A stretch of DNA of 64,000 bases, from assembly GCA_016208975.1 (NCBI GenBank), contig JACQXA010000001.1, forward strand, positions 1,834-65,833, given 5' to 3'. Positions 57,301 to 64,000 of this stretch are shown piece after piece; position 1 is the first letter of the stretch, and each line of letters begins with the position of its first letter. The notes below the pieces were generated by a model. That model worked only from the letters and a program-made list of their open reading frames with translations, did not search any database and was not told the origin of the DNA. The DNA comes from Nitrospinota bacterium. Its GTDB lineage: Bacteria; Nitrospinota_A; UBA7883; JACRLM01. Position numbers and translations under genes: made by a program.

Positions 57301-58830
57301 ATGGAAAACGATTCGGCCAATCAACCCCTGACGGGCTCAAAGCTGGCCATCAGCACTGTGTCGCTGGCGCTGGCGGTGTTCATGAACGTTTTGGACACCA
57401 CCATCACAAACGTTTCCATCCCCACCATCGCCGGGAACCTTTCGGTTAGCCCCAGCCAGGGTACGTGGACCATCACCTCTTACTCCGTGGCCATGGCCAT
57501 CGTGGTGCCTCTTACAGGGTGGCTGGCAAGGTATTTTGGCGAGGTGCGCCTTTTCGTGGCCTGTACGGCGCTATTCAGCATGGCCTCGCTTGCTTGCGGG
57601 CTGGCGCCGGATTTTACGAGCCTGATAATATTGCGCTCCATCCAGGGGCTGGTGGCTGGCCCCATGATACCCCTGTCGCAAAGCCTGCTTTTGCGTTGTT
57701 ACCCGCCGGAGAAGAAAGGCATGGCGCTGGCGTTCTGGGCCATGACCACGGTGGTGGCCCCCATATTGGGCCCCATATTGGGAGGGTATATAACCGATAA
57801 TATCGGCTGGCCCTGGATCTTCTACATCAACATACCCATTGGGCTCACGTCATCGTTTGTCACCTGGCAGATGCTTAAAAAGCGGGAATCCAAAACCTCG
57901 CGCAACCCCATAGACGTTACGGGCCTTATATTGCTCGTGGTGGGGGTGGGGTGTCTTCAGATTTTCCTGGACCGGGGGCATGAACTGGACTGGTTCAACT
58001 CCACCGAGGTGACGTTGCTGGCCATAGTCGCCGTGATTAGCTTATCGCTATTTTTAGCCTGGGAGTTGTTCGAGAAACACCCGGTGGTGGACCTGTCGTT
58101 GTTCCTGCTCCGAAACTATACGGTGGGAACGCTTGCGGTGGCTCTTGGTTACATGACGTTTTTCTCCGGGGTGGTGATATTCCCCCTGTGGTTGCAAACG
58201 CAGATGGGCTACACGGCCACCTGGGCGGGCCTTGCGGCGGCGCCCATCGGGATGCTAACGCTGATGCTTACCCCCATTGTGGGCGCGTCGCTCCACAAGG
58301 TGGACGTACGGGTGTTGAGCAGTTTCTCGTTTTTCGTGTTCGCCTTCACCTGTTTCTGGCAGGCCGGGTTCAATACCGACGCCACATTCTACGATGTGGC
58401 CCTGCCAAGGCTTGCGCAAGGGATAGCCATGTCCTGCTTTTTCGTGCCGGTAACGTCCATATCGCTTTCCGGCCTTACGCCGGACAGGATAGCGGCGGCG
58501 GCTGGGCTTACAAACTTCATGCGTATATTGGGCGGCAGTTTCGGCACTTCCATAAGCGTTACCTTTTGGGACGACCGGGCTATTTATCACCGGAGCGTGC
58601 TGGTGGAAAGCATCTCGCAGTCCAACCCATACGCCATGGCCCCGCTTGAAGTGGCGCAATCGAACGGCATGAGTTATGAGGGGGCGCTGGCGGTGTTTGA
58701 ACGGATAATAGGCAAACAGGCGGCGACCCTGGCCACAAACGACATTTTTCTGCTTTCAGGCGTAATATTCTCGTGCCTCATATTGTTTATATGGCTCTCC
58801 CGGGGGCCGTTCATGGTTGCGAGGAATTAG
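57301..58830 (+). CDS. emrB: EmrB family DHA2 MFS transporter
   Basis: MNVLDTTITNV, WTITSY, APILGPILGG, WIFYINIP; about 14 TM helices. Confidence 0.94.
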   Translation: MENDSANQPLTGSKLAISTVSLALAVFMNVLDTTITNVSIPTIAGNLSVSPSQGTWTITSYSVAMAIVVPLTGWLARYFGEVRLFVACTALFSMASLACGLAPDFTSLIILRSIQGLVAGPMIPLSQSLLLRCYPPEKKGMALAFWAMTTVVAPILGPILGGYITDNIGWPWIFYINIPIGLTSSFVTWQMLKKRESKTSRNPIDVTGLILLVVGVGCLQIFLDRGHELDWFNSTEVTLLAIVAVISLSLFLAWELFEKHPVVDLSLFLLRNYTVGTLAVALGYMTFFSGVVIFPLWLQTQMGYTATWAGLAAAPIGMLTLMLTPIVGASLHKVDVRVLSSFSFFVFAFTCFWQAGFNTDATFYDVALPRLAQGIAMSCFFVPVTSISLSGLTPDRIAAAAGLTNFMRILGGSFGTSISVTFWDDRAIYHRSVLVESISQSNPYAMAPLEVAQSNGMSYEGALAVFERIIGKQAATLATNDIFLLSGVIFSCLILFIWLSRGPFMVARN

Positions 58831-58951
58831 GATTTTACATGCCTGGATGAAATCTTGTTTGGGCGCTGGACGGAATTTGAGTTAAAATCTACTGCCTTTA
58901 CCGCCCGGATCCGGGCGCAAGAAAACATAGCTGGCTTAAGAGGCTTTATTC

Positions 58952-59338
58952 TTGAACAAACTGCCTGTTTTTGAGTGGTTCTTCAGCATGGGCGACGTGC
59001 TGGTTAGCGTGAACACCGCCTTTGAAGGGGTGGTGGTGCCGCCGCACCTAAAGGGCAAGGAAAACGTGGATTTCATCATGGGTTCCGTTCCCACGCCAAA
59101 CCTGGCGCCGGACGCCGAGGGTGTGACCGCCTCCATGAGGTTCGGCCCTTCGTTGCATACATGCCGTTTCCCCTGGGGCTCTGTCACACGCATGGCGTCC
59201 CCCGAGGCTGTCATCCAGTTCGCCAAGCCCCAACCACTTAAAGAAGTGGAGAGCGGGCCGGAGCCAACAGAAGACACCGCCAAACCGGCCGGGAAAAAAG
59301 AGAAGAAGAGTAAAGGGCATTTGAGAGTGGTGAAGTAA
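58952..59338 (+). CDS. sspB: SspB-like ClpXP adaptor
   Basis: GVVVP.HL, SMRFG..CRFPWGSV, flexible tail ending HLRVVK (ClpX-binding-type motif). Confidence 0.75.
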   Translation: MNKLPVFEWFFSMGDVLVSVNTAFEGVVVPPHLKGKENVDFIMGSVPTPNLAPDAEGVTASMRFGPSLHTCRFPWGSVTRMASPEAVIQFAKPQPLKEVESGPEPTEDTAKPAGKKEKKSKGHLRVVK

Positions 59339-59363
59339 CCGGCGGATGGAATTAACCAACGGT

Positions 59364-59846
59364 TCAATTCATCAGTTTTATCGCTTCACCGGGGTGATCC
59401 GGTTTCCCGCCATCCTGTATCTGCTTAACTAACCGTTCCACGGCCATTTCCACTTCGCGGGTAATGGGGGCGCCAAGGCCCAAGTTCACCGCTTCCACGG
59501 CGTAAACACAAAGTTCCGGCGGCAATTTACCCAAAGTCCTCGCCAATTCAATGGTATCGGCAAGGCCGAAGGCGTGGGTGGAGACGAATGATATTTCGCG
59601 CGGCAAAGGCCCGGATTTGGCGTTAATGGAACGCACGGTACCGGCGGGTTTTTCGCTGATGGCGGCGTCGCAAATCAATACGGTGTCATAACCGGCCCAG
59701 GTCTCTATCATGGATGAAAGGTCGCCGCTGAAAAACGCCACATCAGTCCCGGCCAAACCCAGCCCGGCTATCCGCTGGGCTATTAGAAGGCCCGCGTAAT
59801 CATCCCCGTTCATTTGGGAACCCACGCCTATTACCAGTGTCTTCAT
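59364..59846 (-). CDS. Hydrogenase maturation protease
   Basis: VIGVG....GDD.AG, DAA, STHAFGL. Confidence 0.88.
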   Translation of the reverse strand: MKTLVIGVGSQMNGDDYAGLLIAQRIAGLGLAGTDVAFFSGDLSSMIETWAGYDTVLICDAAISEKPAGTVRSINAKSGPLPREISFVSTHAFGLADTIELARTLGKLPPELCVYAVEAVNLGLGAPITREVEMAVERLVKQIQDGGKPDHPGEAIKLMN

Positions 59847-60056
59847 GAAGTTGGGTTGATTTTACGGCTTTGGTACCGCGGAGCCATTTGTAAGATAACC
59901 CTCCAGGCCATATATTTATTGGTAGAAAGGTATCACATTCGCAGGCAATGGGCGCGTTGACAAAGGAAGTGGTTAAAAATCAATCCTCAACAATTCCCCA
60001 CTTTGCGGCTTTGCCCTTTGGCGGGCGGGTTGATACCAGTTAAAAGGAGATCAATC

Positions 60057-60662
60057 ATGTTGATGGCAGGTGTGACTAAAGCGGTTAGATATGAGCCGAA
60101 GACTTTCCCAGGGCTCAATAACCTTATCGGCATCACCCCAGTGGAGATTGAGGAACACCTAAAGCTGTATAACGGCTATGTGGCCAATACCAATCTGCTA
60201 CGGGAGAAAATCGGCTCCATGGTGGTGTCCGGCTCGGCTGGAACCCCGGAATTCGCGGAACTGGTTAGACGGCTTGGGTTTGAGTACAACGGTATGCGGC
60301 TCCACGAGTTGTATTTCGAAAATCTTTCTGGCGGTGGCAAAAGGCCAAGCCAGATGGTGGTAAACGCACTGGAAGACGCGTTCAACGGCTTCGGATCTTG
60401 GGAAACCCTTTTCCGCAAGGTAGCGGCCATGCGGGGAGTGGGCTGGGTTATCCTTTACCAGGATCCGCTTAACGAAAACCTGAGCGTCCACTGGATAAAC
60501 CAGCATGAAGACGGGCACCCTGTGGGGTTCAACCCGATACTGGTTTTGGACTGCTGGGAGCATGCGTGGACGGCGTACCTCCGCCCAACGGAGAGAGCCA
60601 AGTACATAGAGGACTTCTTCACCAATATAGACTGGGACGTGGTGGAAAGGCGGTTTAGATAA
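60057..60662 (+). CDS. Fe/Mn superoxide dismutase family protein
   Basis: EHLKLYNGYV, LHELYF, MRGVGW, DCWEHAW; ATG 60057 follows AGGAG. Confidence 0.88.
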   Translation: MLMAGVTKAVRYEPKTFPGLNNLIGITPVEIEEHLKLYNGYVANTNLLREKIGSMVVSGSAGTPEFAELVRRLGFEYNGMRLHELYFENLSGGGKRPSQMVVNALEDAFNGFGSWETLFRKVAAMRGVGWVILYQDPLNENLSVHWINQHEDGHPVGFNPILVLDCWEHAWTAYLRPTERAKYIEDFFTNIDWDVVERRFR

Positions 60663-60826
60663 CCGCCAACAGCGCTGGGTGGCGGGAGTATAAGGCGCCG
60701 CGCGGCGTGGATGATTGAGAGGGGAATAGTTAAGGTGGCAGGTAAAATTGCGCGCTTAGCCACTTTGAAAGGGGGAGGGGAAGGAGCGCGTTTCACCATT
60801 TTCACAGGAACGGCGGGAAATCATGA

Positions 60827-62311
60827 TTAGCGCCCGGCTCCGCTGATCCTGTAAACCTGCATTTCCTCCGCAAGACCCTTTATCGTGGCTTTGCCGGGTT
60901 CAACTTTCATGGCCGTGAGCAGTGCCCCCACGCCGGGGTATTCATACACATCCGACGTTATGTAAACCTCATCGCCTCCGGCCAGTTCCTGAACCCTGGA
61001 GGCTATGTTCACCGTTTGGCCGAAATAGTCCAGCCGTTCGTTCAGGTTCACCACGATGGAGGCTCCTTTGTGGATACCGATCTTCAGGATGATGTCAGTC
61101 TTATTCCCAGACTGGTTCATTTTGGCCACTTCTTCCCGCATCTCCAGCGCCGCTTTCATGGCGTCCACCGGATTCATGAAACTGCCCATCACCGCGTCCC
61201 CGATGGTTTTCACGATGGCTCCGTGATTGCCTGCCACCACCTTTCCGAGGATGTCGAAATGCTGGCGAACAAGGGAAAAAGCGTTAAGGTCGCCAATCCT
61301 GTCATAAAGGGAGGTGGAGCCCTTCAGGTCGGTGAATACGATGGAGATGTCTTTCACACCCAGGCCTTCAGTGCCTTTCACCACATCGTAATGGAACAGG
61401 TCGTGGAACGATTGCGTGGTCAGAAGCCGCTTGCCGGAAAGGTATGGCGTGAAGCTGATGGTGAAATCCTCGGCGTACCGAGTGGGGAAATTTAGCAGGG
61501 TTATCAGCCCTTTCCTGCCAGACTGGTTGTAAAAATCGAATTCAGTCTCCCCGGAGCTCAAGGTTCCGGCGCTTAAGGTGATCGCCGAGCCGTTGAGTTT
61601 TACGCCAAGAGAGCCGCTTCCGCCCCCTGGCTGGCCGCTCACGGGTATGCCAGCGCCGGTATGGTTCAGGAAATCGCTTATCACAAGGTAGCCTTCCGTA
61701 AGCTCCCTGGTTATCTTTTTCTCCTCGCCATTCTGGATGTAAGCGTGGAACTTCATGAAAGGGATTGCGCCATCTATCCATCTTCTTCCGTCCCGTATCA
61801 CGCCTTCCCTGCTGAAACGATAGAGGGTCAGGTAATCCAGCGGGGACAAGGAATCCGGATGGTGGCAGGTTATCTCCCGGACTTGGGGCGACACGGTGAA
61901 GCTTATCATTATGTAGTCGTCCAGGGATGCCTCGGAGTCCACATTGCACACTTCGCAATGGCTGTGGGAGTCTAAAGCCTTTAGGGAGCTGAAGCTTTCC
62001 AGCACGCTGGTGCAACCGGGGCACAACACATGCCAGTTCATTTGAAACAGACCCTCCACGGCGCCGTGCAGGAAAAAGTCTATTGATTCGTTTTCCTCGA
62101 TTCCTTTTTCCTTTGCGAACAGGATGGGATTGATCCGGAAAAGCGCCTCATCGGTGGCGTTGCGGATCATGTTTTCCATTTTGGAGACAACCCGGGGGCT
62201 CCATTGCCTGGCCTTTTCAATGGATGCCAGCTTGCCGTCCAGAAGGGGCTCGTTTAACTTAACGCCGGTATCAAACATAGGGTTTAACTCCTGATGTATC
62301 GACCCAGTCAT
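60827..62311 (-). CDS. Class III adenylate cyclase with N-terminal DUF5939-like domain
   Basis: FTDLKGST, KTIGDAVM, DYFGQTVNIASR; N-terminal CPGC..CEVC. Confidence 0.88.
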   Translation of the reverse strand: MTGSIHQELNPMFDTGVKLNEPLLDGKLASIEKARQWSPRVVSKMENMIRNATDEALFRINPILFAKEKGIEENESIDFFLHGAVEGLFQMNWHVLCPGCTSVLESFSSLKALDSHSHCEVCNVDSEASLDDYIMISFTVSPQVREITCHHPDSLSPLDYLTLYRFSREGVIRDGRRWIDGAIPFMKFHAYIQNGEEKKITRELTEGYLVISDFLNHTGAGIPVSGQPGGGSGSLGVKLNGSAITLSAGTLSSGETEFDFYNQSGRKGLITLLNFPTRYAEDFTISFTPYLSGKRLLTTQSFHDLFHYDVVKGTEGLGVKDISIVFTDLKGSTSLYDRIGDLNAFSLVRQHFDILGKVVAGNHGAIVKTIGDAVMGSFMNPVDAMKAALEMREEVAKMNQSGNKTDIILKIGIHKGASIVVNLNERLDYFGQTVNIASRVQELAGGDEVYITSDVYEYPGVGALLTAMKVEPGKATIKGLAEEMQVYRISGAGR

Positions 62312-62544
62312 CGGCGGTTGTTTGCCAGTAACATCATGGCGGAACGCTTCGCCTTATCAGTTAATATATTGCCGATGGATAAGCCTTGTCCATGTTAATG
62401 ATGTCCACTGCCTTTCAGGAGCAAAGCCTAATTTATGTTGATGCGTATTTTCTTTCGCGGGATTCTCCAGTTTCAAAACATGGCGGATAAAAAAAATGGA
62501 GAGAAATGTTTAGCAGGAAATACATGCACCGGGGTGAAAAGCAT

Positions 62545-62597
62545 TTGACTAAAAATAGTGAAAGTCTTATATATTAAACAAGTATAGACCAAGTCTA
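62545..62597 (+). promoter_or_regulatory. Putative sigma70 promoter and operator upstream of rubrerythrin
   Basis: TTGACT-17 nt-TATATA, then inverted repeat TAGAC-CAA-GTCTA at 62585-62597. Confidence 0.55.
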
Positions 62598-62622
62598 ATT
62601 TCTTCCTGGAAGGAGGATGTTT

Positions 62623-63042
62623 ATGAAACTGGAAGGCTCCAAGACCCATCAAAACCTGAAAGACGCGTTCGCCGGGGAATCGCAGGCGAATCGCCGCTAT
62701 TTATATTTCGCCGGTAAAGCGGACGTGGAAGGGTTCAACGACATATCGGCGGTTTTCCGTTCCACCGCCGAGGGTGAGACCGGCCATGCCCACGGGCATC
62801 TTAATTTTCTTAAAGAAGTGGGCGACCCTGTAACAGGGCTTCCCATAGGGGCCACGGCGGACAATCTAAAATCAGCCATCGCCGGGGAAACATATGAGTA
62901 CACCGACATGTATCCTGGTATGGCAAAAACCGCCAGGGACGAGGGTTTTAAAGAAGTGTCCGACTGGCTGGAAACCCTGGCCAAGGCCGAGCGGTCGCAC
63001 GCCAACCGGTTCCAGAAAGCTCTCGACAGCATGGGCAAATAG
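62623..63042 (+). CDS. rbr: Short-chain rubrerythrin (no rubredoxin domain)
   Basis: [29 protein letters not shown]; start is 62617 or 62623. Confidence 0.93.
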   Translation: MKLEGSKTHQNLKDAFAGESQANRRYLYFAGKADVEGFNDISAVFRSTAEGETGHAHGHLNFLKEVGDPVTGLPIGATADNLKSAIAGETYEYTDMYPGMAKTARDEGFKEVSDWLETLAKAERSHANRFQKALDSMGK

Positions 63043-63133
63043 ATACGCGTGATAGGCGTGGATTAGATCCGCCCCGGCAATAGCCTGCAAAAGGGCGGGA
63101 AAAGGAGGGATTCGTTTTTTGAAAAAGGCGCAT

Positions 63134-63715
63134 ATGAGAAAGATCAACCGGGAGGATCTTTTTAGTCTCGAAAAATACGAGGAGATCCGCCCCTCGTTTC
63201 GTGAGAGGGTGATGGAGCATAAAGCCAGCCGCCGGGTGCCTGTGGGGCCCAGCGCCACGCTTTATTTCGAGGACAGGCTCACCATCCACTATCAAATCCA
63301 GGAAATGCTTCGGGCCGAACGCATATTCGACCAGGCTGGGATTGAGGGGGAATTGTCGGCCTATAACCCGCTGATACCAGATGGGGCCAACTGGAAAGCC
63401 ACCTTCATGATTGAGTATGACGACCCGGCCCAGCGCCGCGCGGAGCTTGCCCGGCTGGTGGGGATAGAGCGGAGGGTATGGGTTATGGTGGAGGGGTTTA
63501 ATAAAGTATTCGCCATCGCCGATGAGGATCTGGAACGCTCCACCCCCGAGAAAACCGCGGCGGTGCATTTCCTGCGGTTCGAGCTTTCCGGGGAAATGGT
63601 GGACGCGATAAAACAAGGCGCCAGCGTTACCTGCGGCATAGACCACCCGCTTTACCGTTACGAGGCCCAGGCGCCGGAGCATAGCTGTAAATCGTTGGCG
63701 CTGGATTTGGACTGA
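63134..63715 (+). CDS. DUF3501 family protein
   Basis: QIQEMLRAE, YNPLIP, ATFMIE, AVHFLRF, DHP.Y; follows rubrerythrin. Confidence 0.85.
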   Translation: MRKINREDLFSLEKYEEIRPSFRERVMEHKASRRVPVGPSATLYFEDRLTIHYQIQEMLRAERIFDQAGIEGELSAYNPLIPDGANWKATFMIEYDDPAQRRAELARLVGIERRVWVMVEGFNKVFAIADEDLERSTPEKTAAVHFLRFELSGEMVDAIKQGASVTCGIDHPLYRYEAQAPEHSCKSLALDLD

Positions 63716-63733
63716 CCGGAAAGGTTTGCGGTA

Positions 63734-64000
63734 TCAATCCGCTGCGGGCAGTGTGAAAATGAATTTGCTCCCTCTGCCTGGCTCCGATTCGGCCCAAATT
63801 TCACCACCGTGACGGTCTATTATCTTTTTGCAGATGGCAAGGCCTATGCCGGTGCCATCGTATTTTGTCATCCCATGAAGCCGTTTGAAGGGTGAAAATA
63901 TCTGGTCGAGATACTTCGGCTCTATTCCCATGCCATTGTCCTCTATCGTTACCTGGTAAGAATCTCCCAAGCGGTCTGCGGTTATGTTGATAACCGGAAC
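63734..64000 (-). CDS. Sensor histidine kinase, C-terminal HATPase fragment (5' part outside window)
   Basis: [30 protein letters not shown]. Confidence 0.9.
   Translation of the reverse strand, partial: VPVINITADRLGDSYQVTIEDNGMGIEPKYLDQIFSPFKRLHGMTKYDGTGIGLAICKKIIDRHGGEIWAESEPGRGSKFIFTLPAAD

Noticed and set aside
54630..64000. Genomic island integrated at tRNA-Ala
   Set aside because: No integrase seen, and I did not spot a repeat of the tRNA 3' end in the window; cannot be excluded beyond it.

Overview
Mostly core-genome DNA from a moderately GC-rich diderm bacterium; the taxon cannot be fixed from this window. It contains rplA(partial)-rplJ-rplL-rpoB-rpoC, a ClC/CBS transporter, hisB-hisH-lpxL-waaF, a GAF-GAF-degenerate GGDEF gene coupled to a stand-alone mreB, an orphan motA, DUF164-rnpB-cobA/hemD, ispB, a FabX-like flavoprotein, a ChlI-like AAA+ ATPase, addBA, LOG, hicB with a frameshifted hicA, a 1436-aa PlsA/Ger-like activase-dehydratase fusion with a ferredoxin, a GldAFG/DUF4340-like ABC operon running into grpE-dnaJ (no dnaK), cheV, nnr, a long coiled-coil protein, HU, tRNA-Ala(CGC), an OMF-emrAB pump, sspB, a hydrogenase protease, SOD, a class III cyclase, rubrerythrin-DUF3501 and the tail of a histidine kinase. 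There is no CRISPR array, prophage or transposase. Most notable: (1) RpoB carries an ungapped copy of the RpoC zinc-binding domain; (2) two 151-bp MITEs with 8-bp target duplications carry a REP-like palindrome with compensatory base-pair changes; (3) a 763-aa protein is built from about two dozen 31-residue coiled-coil repeats; (4) a probable ether-lipid/plasmalogen synthase; (5) a sensor-MreB(-MotA) module; (6) a tRNA lying in frame inside the 5' end of an efflux lipoprotein ORF. All calls come from reading motifs by eye; no database searches were run.
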